Assembly: GCA_050298055.1 (NCBI GenBank)
Contig: JBNKTL010000020.1
Location: 2,028-66,027 of the forward strand
Source: Spirochaetota bacterium
Lineage (GTDB): Bacteria; Spirochaetota; UBA4802; UBA5550
Length of the DNA: 64,000 nucleotides
Reading direction: 5' to 3'
The notes beneath the pieces are model-generated. The model saw only the letters and a list, made by a program, of their open reading frames with translations, was not told the origin of the DNA and searched no databases. The translations under genes and the position numbers were made by a program. Positions 49,591 through 59,142 of the stretch are shown in pieces. Position 1 is the stretch's first letter. Every line of letters starts with the position of its first letter.

Positions 49591-49716
49591 AAGTCTTAAA
49601 TTATATGGAAAGATCATTATTGTTTGGTAGTTTCGATTTTTTCTCAGTATGAGTTCCAAAACTTGATTTACAGCTTAAAATTTTTCCCGTATAAATTCAA
49701 TTACAAGGATAAAACG

Positions 49717-50223
49717 ATGAATATACAAAAGCACAAACATGTAAAAATAAATTATTCAATAAAAGATGACAACGGAGGAATAATTGACAGTTCGGAGGCA
49801 AGTGGTCCTCTTGAGTATATCCACGGGACAGGAAGTATAATAGACGGTCTCGAAGATCTTCTTGAAGGGAAAACCGCCGGAGAGAAAGTCTCTTCGGAAA
49901 TCCCTCCGGAAAAAGGTTACGGTAAGAGAGACGAGTCGATGATGCACCAGATGGAAAGGGAGTTATTCAATGAAATTGAAGATCTCCAGCCCGGGATACA
50001 GCTCCTCATCCAGGACCAGGAATTAAACCAGGTGATGACAGTGGTTGAAGTCCGGGAGGACAAAGTGACCCTTGATGGGAACCATCCCCTTGCCGGAGTA
50101 AAGATAAATGTTGATGCGGAGATCCTTGAAGTCCGTGACGCAACAACTTCCGAGCTGGAACAGGTGTACAGTGCCAAAATAGGCTGTGACGGAGGATGCA
50201 GCAGCGGTTGTGATTCCTGCTGA
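49717..50223 (+). CDS. slyD: FKBP-type peptidyl-prolyl isomerase, SlyD-like, with Cys-rich metal-binding tail
   Basis: It has an FKBP domain with an inserted flap (YIHGTGSIIDGLEDLLEGKTAGE) and a C-terminal GCDGGCSSGCDSC tail. Confidence 0.7.
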   Translation: MNIQKHKHVKINYSIKDDNGGIIDSSEASGPLEYIHGTGSIIDGLEDLLEGKTAGEKVSSEIPPEKGYGKRDESMMHQMERELFNEIEDLQPGIQLLIQDQELNQVMTVVEVREDKVTLDGNHPLAGVKINVDAEILEVRDATTSELEQVYSAKIGCDGGCSSGCDSC

Positions 50224-50242
50224 GTTGTTGAATAGTGTTATT

Positions 50243-51475
50243 ATGCGCCAGGAACATTATAAAGAAATACTAACTATTCTCAGTAACATTCCTGTCTTCA
50301 ACGGCCTTGATGACAGTGAGCTGGAAGAGATAGTCCCCCTGCTTGAACCCCAGGTCTATCCCCCTGACGTCCAGATAATTGAAGAGGGGAGTACGGGAGA
50401 CTCCATGTTTATCATAAAGAAGGGAACTGTCAATGTGTCAAAGTCAGAAAACAGTAACGAAAAGGTAAACCTGGGAAATATCTACTCCGGGTCCTATTTT
50501 GGTGAACTTTCACTCATTGACAACCTTCCCCGGTCTGCCACTGTCAGGACTGTTGATGAGACTGAGATATTCTGTCTGAATAAGAGCAATTTCGATAATC
50601 TGCTCAGTACGAACAAAAAGATAGCCAATGTTTTTTATAAGAACTGTTTAAACGAAACATTCTCCCGGTTCAGGAACATCGTTTCAAACTTCACATTCTC
50701 CCAGCATATACTCAGGGAAAAAACCGCGCAGCTTACCGAAATAGACAAAGACCTCTCATCCGCAAAGGAGGTGCAGAATTTCTTCCTCAGCACAGACGGG
50801 CGCAGTTCGGAAAAAGTCTTCAAAAGGATCAAGTACACGAACTACTATAATCCCTGTATTGCCATTGGCGGTGATTTTTTTAATATTACCCGGCTTGATT
50901 CGGGGAAAATCAGCATCATCATTGCGGACCTTGAGGGTCACGGTATCACTGCCGCACTGGGTACCGGTGTTCTGAAAAGCGCTTTTTCCATTTTCCTTGA
51001 AAAACTTGGTGAAAAACCCATGGAACTTCTCGAGTTTCTCAACAGGCATTTCTACCAGGTTATTAATCAGTTGTATGCTACCTGCTACTACGCGGTTGTT
51101 GACGAAGAGAACAAAAAAATCACCCTGGCAAAGGCCGGTCATCATCATCCGGTATTCTGGAAAAAAAGACTTGATGATTTCCAGGAGATTGAATGCGGCG
51201 GTATCGGACTGGGGATTATACCGGATGGTAAATTTCACCAGATTGAACTTACCTATGAAGAAGGGGACAAGATGCTCTTTTACACCGATGGGATAATTGA
51301 GCAGATGAATAAAAAAAATGAAATGTACTCAAAGATGCGTCTCAATTTCATGTTCCGCGAGCTGATACAGAACGGTGAGAAGGATATTCTCGAAAAACTT
51401 GTGAAGGACATGGAAAACTTCTCTGACGGGATGCAGCCTGAGGATGATGTCACCCTTTTACTCTTCGAGTTCTAA
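50243..51475 (+). CDS. Cyclic-nucleotide-binding domain protein fused to a PP2C/SpoIIE-family phosphatase (RsbU-like)
   Basis: It has a cNMP-binding beta-barrel (GDSMFIIKKGTV...FGELSLIDNLPRSATVRT) and a PP2C domain (GGDFFNI...IIIADLEGHGITAAL...FYTDGIIE). Confidence 0.75.
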   Translation: MRQEHYKEILTILSNIPVFNGLDDSELEEIVPLLEPQVYPPDVQIIEEGSTGDSMFIIKKGTVNVSKSENSNEKVNLGNIYSGSYFGELSLIDNLPRSATVRTVDETEIFCLNKSNFDNLLSTNKKIANVFYKNCLNETFSRFRNIVSNFTFSQHILREKTAQLTEIDKDLSSAKEVQNFFLSTDGRSSEKVFKRIKYTNYYNPCIAIGGDFFNITRLDSGKISIIIADLEGHGITAALGTGVLKSAFSIFLEKLGEKPMELLEFLNRHFYQVINQLYATCYYAVVDEENKKITLAKAGHHHPVFWKKRLDDFQEIECGGIGLGIIPDGKFHQIELTYEEGDKMLFYTDGIIEQMNKKNEMYSKMRLNFMFRELIQNGEKDILEKLVKDMENFSDGMQPEDDVTLLLFEF

Positions 51476-51518
51476 GAAATAATTTCTCTTTCAATAACTA
51501 TAAACTTTGTATTAAGGT

Positions 51519-51659
51519 AACTACTCGAGCTTAGTATAAGAATAACCATATTCATTAAAAATGATAACTGATATGTTCCCGCCGCCCACGGCGGCGGGAA
51601 CATATTGTTGATATTTTAGTAAATAGGATTATTTTGGTCATAGAGCTGAGTAGTTACAG
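51519..51659 (+). repeat. Family-1 palindromic repeat element, copy E, full-length (left TIR GGTAACTACTCGAGCT, 16-bp stem ATATGTTCCCGCCGCC, right TIR AGCTGAGTAGTTAC)
   Basis: The left and right ends are reverse complements of each other. The central perfect 16-bp hairpin is at 51571-51605. Confidence 0.75.
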
Positions 51660-51664
51660 GACTT

Positions 51665-52495
51665 TCAGTTGAGAATAGTGACGTGGTAACAGCGTTGTCT
51701 TTTCTCAAGGATTGCGTAGAGTTTTCCCTGGTCCTGGAGTTCTATGAGTGTCTCCATGAGTATGGACCTCAATTGTCTCCGGAGCGCCTCGCCCATCATG
51801 TAGCCAATCCTGGTCCTCATCCTGTTCAGCATATCTTCCGATATCTTGTTTGATACTTCCTGAAGGGGGACTGAAACAAAGTAATTGTCATAGAATATAT
51901 CGAAGCTTGTCCCATATGAATGGGTTGAAATGAAGCTCGCGTTCATGTTTCTTTGCATCAGTTTTTTCTGGTAGCTGGCAGGTCTTATGACCGATGAAAG
52001 GGCTATCTTTACAGGGGGAAGGTCCGCTCTTTTTTTCAGGTTTTCCTGAAGCCTCTCCGTTAAAAGCTGCAGCCCTTTGAGAGCATTTTTCGTCAGGTAC
52101 CTGTATTTCTTTCTCACATTGTGAAAATAATAGAGCCGGTTCTTCGGTTCTTCGATATTTACCAGTTTTCCATTTTGCGCGCTTCCACTGATCCCGCTGT
52201 CATCGGTTACCGGTTTTATTCCGTATCTTTCGGCGGCATGAATATGGTCCATTAAAAGGTGTTTTCTCAGTTCCTGTTCCTTTGCCGGTGTGGCAAAATC
52301 CCGGTAGATGGGAATATTCTCGATAAACTTCCTCTCAATATTATAGGCTCGTGAGAGATAGCTGTTTATATCAACCCTTATTCCTTCGATCTTTTTCTCC
52401 TGGCAGGTAAAGGAGAAGTAGTGGGAGATTATCAGGACGAATACCAGAAAAAGCAGTATCTTTATTTTTAGGTTAAATGATTTTTCAGAAGACAT
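51665..52495 (-). CDS. Putative M15-family (VanY-like) D,D/L,D-carboxypeptidase with signal anchor
   Basis: It has the HxxGxAxD-like motif STHSYGTSFDI and a later E...H (EKRQRCYH). Confidence 0.4.
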   Translation of the reverse strand: MSSEKSFNLKIKILLFLVFVLIISHYFSFTCQEKKIEGIRVDINSYLSRAYNIERKFIENIPIYRDFATPAKEQELRKHLLMDHIHAAERYGIKPVTDDSGISGSAQNGKLVNIEEPKNRLYYFHNVRKKYRYLTKNALKGLQLLTERLQENLKKRADLPPVKIALSSVIRPASYQKKLMQRNMNASFISTHSYGTSFDIFYDNYFVSVPLQEVSNKISEDMLNRMRTRIGYMMGEALRRQLRSILMETLIELQDQGKLYAILEKRQRCYHVTILN

Positions 52496-52513
52496 AAATT
52501 TTTCCTCCCGAAT

Positions 52514-52831
52514 TTACTTCACGGCGGAATTTCCGTGCCCTTTCAGCTCCTTTATCTTCATCTCCCCCAGGTTCTTTTCCAGAAGTTCCTTCCCTTTTTG
52601 AGTGCCCTCCCTGATTTTCCCGGAGACGTGATCAATGACCTCCCTGCGGGTTTTGGGGATTTTCTCACCGGTGTAAGAGAGATAAGCAATGTATATGATG
52701 ATGATCGCTATTGATATCAATGCCATCTTGATCACCTTCTTTACCAGGGAATATAAAATAAATATCCCCAGGATAATTGCCACTGCAAGATAGAGGTTAT
52801 TTGAGGTAATTGCTTTGATTATGTTTTCCAT
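52514..52831 (-). CDS. Small membrane protein (two transmembrane segments)
   Basis: A 105-aa ORF with two hydrophobic helices. Confidence 0.4.
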   Translation of the reverse strand: MENIIKAITSNNLYLAVAIILGIFILYSLVKKVIKMALISIAIIIIYIAYLSYTGEKIPKTRREVIDHVSGKIREGTQKGKELLEKNLGEMKIKELKGHGNSAVK

Positions 52832-52853
52832 GGCTGATATTCCGGATCATCCG

Positions 52854-54374
52854 TCAGAGATTTTTTTTCGCGAAGTTGTGGTGTTTAATAATTAACTTAT
52901 AATAATACCCGCTGTTTATCTTCAACTCTTTTTGTAAAAATTCACGTCCTTCCCTGTAGATTCTGTCTGCCTCTCTCCAGTCCCGGGCGTTCAGCTTTTT
53001 TATGCCCAGGTTGTCGATGAAGATGCAGATATTTCCTCTGTACTGTTCCCGGTATTTCTGTATGAAGTTTACGTTGTTAAAAACAGGGTCATTGAGCATT
53101 TCCATGATCAACCTGCCGTATTTTTTTATATTCTCAAGGTCTCCGGGAGTGTATTTCTTTCCCAGGAGGGAGTTGAATTCAACAATTGAGTTGTTCCAGA
53201 GGCTGTTCAGGATATCTCTGTTTTCCCTGATATATTTTTTTGCTGTCATTGATTCATTGATAAAGAGTTTAAGTACTTCCCTCATGTTATTCTTATCTGT
53301 ATTTTTCACCTGTTTCCTTCTTATAGCTGTGACAGCATTGCCGGAAAGGACCTCAATGTTGTAGCGGTGCTTGGCTGAAAATCTTTCGAAAATTTCATGG
53401 TCCAGTATTTTCGTATATCTCACATATTCTCTATGGATCTTTTCCGGATTTTTTTCTATGATACTCCTGGTAAACTGGAATACCTTGTAGAGGGTGTTAT
53501 TCACAATATAGTTTTCATCACCGGAGCTGAGATATGAACCAATGAGGGAAAGTGCAGCAGCCCTGCTGTAACTCTTTTCAACAGGAACTCCGGAATAGTT
53601 CATATCCCCTGAGAAGAGAAGAGACCTGTTGTTGTAGACCTGGACTACAGCAGAGATGTTGTCCATGGGTATCTTCTTCCTGTAATACACCACATCGAAT
53701 TTTATATTTTTCTTGTCAAAGATCCTCCTGTACCGGCCCTTTCCCGCATTGTATGGATCAAAACCGTACCTGTTGGTGGTCTCAACATCGATGGCGGTAC
53801 CGTTAATATCAATAAGTGAATAGATATGATCCGGTACCGATACCAGGCTTGTCCTGTACCCGAAGTATTGGAGAAAGGCATTATAGATGAGTGCCGACTT
53901 GTAGCAGTTGAACTTCCCGGAATCCAGTGTCTCCCTTATGCCGATGTTGTAACCCGCGGCATTTCCTCTCTGCTGGGTAAGAAAGTATTCGTCGTGCAGA
54001 AAATGAAGAAGGAATTCTGCCAGGTTATACCTGTTGAGTTTTCTGTCATATCCCTTTTCCCTTATAATCTTCCCGGCTTTTTCAACCCTGCTTCTGAAGT
54101 TTTCAAGGTAGCTGTTAAAGGTCTGTTCATGGGTAATGTCAGAAGAGAGAATGTATAGCCTGATCAGTTTGTCAGGATACTTTACTCCGTCGTCGGCAAC
54201 AATGGTCCTGTTCATCTCACGGAATTCCAGCCGGCTTATCTTTTCCGTAATCTCGGGGTAATCGAATATCCGGAGGTATGAACTGAAATTTCCCTCACGT
54301 CCATATAATGCTGCCTGGATAAGAAGCAGCATGATAATCAGCAGTTTCTTTTTTTTGTTCAATAATTGTGTCAT
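52854..54374 (-). CDS. Secreted transglutaminase-like cysteine-protease-fold protein
   Basis: It has a signal peptide and a Cys...His...Asp arrangement (GKFNCYKSALIYNAFL...SVPDHIYSLIDINGTAIDVETT). Confidence 0.5.
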   Translation of the reverse strand: MTQLLNKKKKLLIIMLLLIQAALYGREGNFSSYLRIFDYPEITEKISRLEFREMNRTIVADDGVKYPDKLIRLYILSSDITHEQTFNSYLENFRSRVEKAGKIIREKGYDRKLNRYNLAEFLLHFLHDEYFLTQQRGNAAGYNIGIRETLDSGKFNCYKSALIYNAFLQYFGYRTSLVSVPDHIYSLIDINGTAIDVETTNRYGFDPYNAGKGRYRRIFDKKNIKFDVVYYRKKIPMDNISAVVQVYNNRSLLFSGDMNYSGVPVEKSYSRAAALSLIGSYLSSGDENYIVNNTLYKVFQFTRSIIEKNPEKIHREYVRYTKILDHEIFERFSAKHRYNIEVLSGNAVTAIRRKQVKNTDKNNMREVLKLFINESMTAKKYIRENRDILNSLWNNSIVEFNSLLGKKYTPGDLENIKKYGRLIMEMLNDPVFNNVNFIQKYREQYRGNICIFIDNLGIKKLNARDWREADRIYREGREFLQKELKINSGYYYKLIIKHHNFAKKNL

Positions 54375-54533
54375 GGTATTGAACTTCCTTTATAGATAAA
54401 AGCTCCTTTTAATCAAGAAGATTTTTCATACAGATTTTTCCCAAACCTCCGCTCAACTATTATTAGTTGACATTTTTGGTATTGTATATTAAAAACTGCA
54501 GTTGATCTTATTAGTAATATCCGGAAACCAGAA

Positions 54534-55211
54534 ATGAATCCTGTTCTCTTTATTATCGCAACACTTGCCGTAACTGTTACTCTTTTAATCAGGGCTGAGT
54601 TTGTTGAAAACAGGAAGTTGATCTATCTCTTTAAACCTCTTTCAACATTGCTGGTCCTCCTGCTGCCGGTCCTGGCCCTGCAGCAGGACATTGCCGGTCT
54701 CTATTACATAAAGGCCATACTTGCCGGTCTCATTGTCTCCCTGGCAGGCGACTGCGCGCTTATGTTCAGGAGCCAGGTCTCATTCAGGGCCGGGCTTTTT
54801 TTATTCCTTACTGCGCATCTCATTTACAGTATCGCCTTCCTGTCACTGAGCGGCTTCAAGATGTTTGATTTTATTCCCGCGCTCCTGATTGCCATTGCGG
54901 GAGTGTTCATCTATGTGTACCTCTATCCCGGACTTGAGGGGATGCAGGTCCCTGTCTTTCTCTATGTGGTGATTGTAAGTTTTATGGTTACCCGGGCCGC
55001 GTCGGTCCTTATGGACAAAAATATATTCTTTACAACGGGACTCCTTGTTACACTGGGGGCTGTTCTCTTTTACGTGTCGGATATTATTCTGGCGGTGGCA
55101 AGGTTCAGGAATCCCTTCAGGTATAACCGGATCAGCCTGGCCTTCTACTACTCAGGCCAGTTGCTTATTGCCCTGAGTACACTTTTTGTGGCTGAGGGAC
55201 ATCCTCTGTGA
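54534..55211 (+). CDS. YhhN-family (lysoplasmalogenase-like) membrane protein
   Basis: It has seven to eight transmembrane helices in a YhhN-like pattern. Confidence 0.55.
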   Translation: MNPVLFIIATLAVTVTLLIRAEFVENRKLIYLFKPLSTLLVLLLPVLALQQDIAGLYYIKAILAGLIVSLAGDCALMFRSQVSFRAGLFLFLTAHLIYSIAFLSLSGFKMFDFIPALLIAIAGVFIYVYLYPGLEGMQVPVFLYVVIVSFMVTRAASVLMDKNIFFTTGLLVTLGAVLFYVSDIILAVARFRNPFRYNRISLAFYYSGQLLIALSTLFVAEGHPL

Positions 55212-56602
55212 GTATGAAGTACGACCTTATCATTGTGGGGGCGGGCCCCGCAGGGATTTTCGCGGCCCTTGAGTATAACAGGCTGAACAGGGGGAAAAAG
55301 GTACTCGTCCTTGAAAAAGGGAGGAGCATTGAAAAAAGAAAATGCCCGAAGAGAAGTACCGGCATCTGTGAAAACTGCAAACCCTGCAACATAACCTCGG
55401 GATTTTCCGGGGCCGGGGCTTTCAGTGACGGTAAACTCATCCTTTCACCGGAGATAGGCGGGTTTCTCAAAGACTACCTCCCGGAGAGTAAGCTCGCGGA
55501 ACTCATAAAATATACTGATGAACTCTATCTCTCATACGGTGCCGATAGAACTGTCTTCGGGATACATGAAAGTGAGACCCTTAAGAGGCTCAGGCAGAAC
55601 GCCATTAAAAGCAACCTCAAATTTATTGAAAGCCCCATACGCCATATCGGTACGGAGGAGAGCTACCAGCTCTATTCAAGGATACAGGATGAACTGATAA
55701 ACAGGGGGATAGAAATATCCTTCAACAATCCCGTGACCGAACTGATTATTCACGATAATATTATCAAGGGTGTGGTTGCCGATAAGGATTACTTTTCCGA
55801 TGACGTGATCATATCAGTAGGCAGAGAAGGGGCCCACTGGCTCAAAAAGATATCAGTGAAGCATGGGATTGAGACCAGTGTGGGCGGTGTTGATATAGGA
55901 GTCAGGGTAGAAGTCAGGAACGAAATCATGCAGGAGATAAACGACGAGCTCTACGAGAGCAAGCTGATCTACTATACGCCGACATTTGATGACAGGGTGA
56001 GGACTTTTTGCCACAACCCGTCGGGAGTAGTCTCCACGGAATATTATGACGGGGACCTGGCAGTGGTCAACGGACACAGTTACAAGTCAGGTGACTTCAA
56101 GACGGAAAACACGAATTTTGCACTGCTGGTTTCCAATTACTTCACTGATCCTTTCAAGGAGCCCATAGAATATGGAAAGTATATAGCGCGGCTGGGAAAC
56201 CTCCTCTCAGGGAACAAGATCATTGTCCAGAGATACGGCGATTTAAAAAGGGGAAGGAGGACAACCGTAAAGAGGCTTAAGAGGAACAACATACAGCCCA
56301 CACTTGTGGATGCCGTACCCGGTGATTTGAGTCTTGTCCTTCCCTACAGGATAATGCTTGATATCAAGGAGATGATTGAGGCCCTGGACAATATCTTCCA
56401 CGGAATAGTCAGTGACGAGACACTTATCTACGGGATAGAGGTGAAATTCTATTCAAATATCATAAAGATAAATAACAGGTTTGAGTCGAGCATAAAGGGC
56501 CTCTATGCCGCGGGAGACGGAGCGGGAATTACCCGAAGCCTTATGCAGGCAAGTATAAACGGAGTAGAACTGGGAAGAATTATCGGGAACTCCAAAAATT
56601 AA
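55208..56602 (+). CDS. FAD-dependent oxidoreductase (COG2509-like)
   Basis: It has the Rossmann motif DLIIVGAGPAGIFAAL and a C-terminal GD motif (LYAAGDGAG). Confidence 0.7.
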   Translation: MSMKYDLIIVGAGPAGIFAALEYNRLNRGKKVLVLEKGRSIEKRKCPKRSTGICENCKPCNITSGFSGAGAFSDGKLILSPEIGGFLKDYLPESKLAELIKYTDELYLSYGADRTVFGIHESETLKRLRQNAIKSNLKFIESPIRHIGTEESYQLYSRIQDELINRGIEISFNNPVTELIIHDNIIKGVVADKDYFSDDVIISVGREGAHWLKKISVKHGIETSVGGVDIGVRVEVRNEIMQEINDELYESKLIYYTPTFDDRVRTFCHNPSGVVSTEYYDGDLAVVNGHSYKSGDFKTENTNFALLVSNYFTDPFKEPIEYGKYIARLGNLLSGNKIIVQRYGDLKRGRRTTVKRLKRNNIQPTLVDAVPGDLSLVLPYRIMLDIKEMIEALDNIFHGIVSDETLIYGIEVKFYSNIIKINNRFESSIKGLYAAGDGAGITRSLMQASINGVELGRIIGNSKN

Positions 56603-56621
56603 ATTTTCTTTTTTTAACAAT

Positions 56622-56662
56622 AAAAAAAGCTGTCATTCTATTTCATCATGACAGCTTTTTTG
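56622..56662. terminator. Bidirectional intrinsic terminator between convergent genes
   Basis: A 14-bp stem (aaaaaagctgtcat / atgacagctttttt) flanked by an A run and a T run. Confidence 0.65.
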
Positions 56663-56702
56663 CTTTATCTCTGTTTTTAAGTCATGAGGCTTTTTTATTT
56701 GA

Positions 56703-56909
56703 TCAAATGAGTCGCTCCTTCTTTGCAATTTCTCTCAATTCAAGTGCCTTCAATTCATCATACTTTATCAAATCATAAAATGAATTGACTTCGTACTCCA
56801 TGAAGGTCTTTCTGACAACATCATTGAAGCTGATCTTGCTGATCTTCAGCATCTTTCTGATGTTCATTTCTGCTAAAACTAAATCCGTGAGAAGCTGCTG
56901 GTCAACCAT
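56703..56909 (-). CDS. Hypothetical 68-aa protein
   Basis: A GAGGAGG RBS lies 6 nt upstream on the minus strand. Confidence 0.4.
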   Translation of the reverse strand: MVDQQLLTDLVLAEMNIRKMLKISKISFNDVVRKTFMEYEVNSFYDLIKYDELKALELREIAKKERLI

Positions 56910-57095
56910 CTATTCCTCCTCTGTATTAAGTTTCCCGCAGAGGAGCTTATAACATATAACGGGTAATATGCAATAGGAGAAATCCCTATTGTTTTGTAAT
57001 ACAAAGGAGAAAAGTTTTGTAGGTGTTTGTCCTACAAAATATCATTATTCTGTGACTATTCTGTTATGCATAAAAATTGATATTAATGACAACTG

Positions 57096-57186
57096 ATATG
57101 TTCCCGCCCCCTTCAGCGGCGGGAACATATTGTCTGTTCTTTATTAGGCAGATATATTTTTAGCCATACAGTTGAGTCGTTACTTT
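57096..57186 (+). repeat. Family-1 palindromic repeat element, copy F (13-bp stem ATATGTTCCCGCC; 3' motif AGTTGAGTCGTTAC)
   Basis: It shares the 5' flank ATGA(C/T)AACTGATATGTTCCCGCC with copy E. Confidence 0.6.
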
Positions 57187-57973
57187 ATTTTTTGTTGATA
57201 AATCGTGCAAGCTTATAATAAAATTCATTAGGATTATCGTTCATGGGGAAATGACCGCTCTTCGATATGCTCACAATTTGGATTTCGCTTATCAGGTCCA
57301 GCACTTTTCTGTGGGAGTTCTTCTCTCCGCAGAAATAGATTTTTTTGCATTTCAGGTCCTTAAACTTTTGTAATAACATACCGCTGTCAGTCCACCGGAC
57401 AAGTGATTTGGCACTTTTATTAAAGGCAGCGGGACTGGATTTTTCAATCCATTCAGCCCAGAGCTTTGTTCCCCTGTCGGTTTTTAGTATGTCAAAGTAT
57501 TTAAGTCTGTTAAACAGCGTCTGCTTAAATGATTCGAATGATGGTGATGTGACGGCACTCCTGCTGATACTGCAGTCAGTATTGAAAAGATTTCCTTCGA
57601 CGTTGGTGAAGGAGGCAATTCGGCCGGGAGAAAGATCAATGAGCAGGAGAGCAATTGCTCCCCCCATGCTGTGCCCCACAAGGTGGACTTTATCCCCGGG
57701 ATATTTTTCCAGGAGCAGCCTGCATATTTCCGCGTGGTCTTCCAGCCTGTATGAGAATTTACTGTTTTCCGGGGATTCGCCGAAGCCGGGAAGGTCCGGT
57801 GATATCAGGGAATAGTCTGTAAGTCTGTGAGAATTCCAGGCATCAACAAAAGATTCTCTCGTACAGCCCAGGCCGTGTATGAAAAAGATAATTTCGCTGC
57901 CGGTATCCCTCACATCTGCTGTGATTTCAATGGTGGTTTTCCCTTCAGGGATATTTAAGGTAAAAATATTCAT
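57185..57973 (-). CDS. Alpha/beta-fold hydrolase
   Basis: It has the HG oxyanion motif (IFFIHGLGCT) and the nucleophile elbow GHSMGG. Confidence 0.75.
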   Translation of the reverse strand: MNIFTLNIPEGKTTIEITADVRDTGSEIIFFIHGLGCTRESFVDAWNSHRLTDYSLISPDLPGFGESPENSKFSYRLEDHAEICRLLLEKYPGDKVHLVGHSMGGAIALLLIDLSPGRIASFTNVEGNLFNTDCSISRSAVTSPSFESFKQTLFNRLKYFDILKTDRGTKLWAEWIEKSSPAAFNKSAKSLVRWTDSGMLLQKFKDLKCKKIYFCGEKNSHRKVLDLISEIQIVSISKSGHFPMNDNPNEFYYKLARFINKK

Positions 57974-58276
57974 TATCTGTTTTTTTCTTGATTTCAGCCA
58001 GCAGGGGATCAATTGTTCATATGGGTACCTTTAATAATTTTTCATAATGATGTATTGTTTCCCGTTACAGTAAACATCATAGGATCGTGATTTTTTTCTG
58101 TCCAGAAAATAAAATACTTTTTTTAAGAATATCCGGAAATGATATATGGGTCCGGACTTCGGAATAGTATTTGAAAGGTCTTTGTTGATTTAAGAAAGTA
58201 TGAAAAAAACCGGAACTATTGAGCAGTGTATTGCTGCCACATGGTTGAACAGTAAAATAAAATAAGGATATGTGTT

Positions 58277-59065
58277 ATGAACCAGGACCAGGTAAAGAGA
58301 ATTCTTCTCAACCTTGAGGAGAATGTTCAGGAATTCAGTGTTGTCTTCTCAGGAAAAAAGAGCAAGAAAGTTGACGGTCTTTACAAGCCTGAAAGCAGAG
58401 AAATTCTCATTCACAATAAGAACTTTCCGGATGACAACCCGCTGATCTATACAGCCATCCATGAATTCGCACACCATATTCACCTCACCGGTTCTCAGGG
58501 AATAATGTCCGCAAGGGCCCACACGGGCAAGTTCTGGGAGATATTTCACAGGCTCCTCTACCTGGCCGAAGAGAAGGGGGCCTATGTAAATATTTTCAGA
58601 AAGGACACACGCTTTCTGGATCTCACAAAAAAGATCAGGGAAAATTACCTGAATGTGGATGCGCGTCTCATGAAGGAGCTGGGTTCGCTTCTCCTTGAGG
58701 CATTTAACCTCTGTGTTGAGAAACATGCAAGCTTTGACGACTATGTGGACAGGGAGCTTAAGCTCCACAGAAGTTCCGCCAGGTCCATCATACATATCCA
58801 CTCTAAAGATATAAATCCCGATATCGGTTATGAGAACATGAAGATCGTCGCCCGGGTAAGTGACTCTGATGAGATGAGAAAAGCAGAGGAGGCCTTTCTC
58901 AAAGGTGACAGTCCCGATATGGTTGTGCAGGAATACATCTCGCGAAAGGTCCCGGAGGACCTGCTGGAAAGTCTCCTTGTTGAGAAGTCAAGGACAGAGC
59001 AGAGTATCGAAAGGCTTAAAAGGAAGCTGACAAACATTGAAGAGAAGATAAAAAAGTACTCGTAA
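58277..59065 (+). CDS. SprT-like zinc metalloprotease-domain protein
   Basis: The core SGKKSKKVDGLYKPESREILIHNKNF...PLIYTAIHEFAHHIHL fits the SprT-like domain pattern, including HExxH. Confidence 0.5.
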   Translation: MNQDQVKRILLNLEENVQEFSVVFSGKKSKKVDGLYKPESREILIHNKNFPDDNPLIYTAIHEFAHHIHLTGSQGIMSARAHTGKFWEIFHRLLYLAEEKGAYVNIFRKDTRFLDLTKKIRENYLNVDARLMKELGSLLLEAFNLCVEKHASFDDYVDRELKLHRSSARSIIHIHSKDINPDIGYENMKIVARVSDSDEMRKAEEAFLKGDSPDMVVQEYISRKVPEDLLESLLVEKSRTEQSIERLKRKLTNIEEKIKKYS

Positions 59066-59142
59066 AATATATTTTTTAGAATTTTCTCTATGTCCTGTTC
59101 AGACTTTATAGTATAATTAATACGGATCTCTATGGAGAATCA

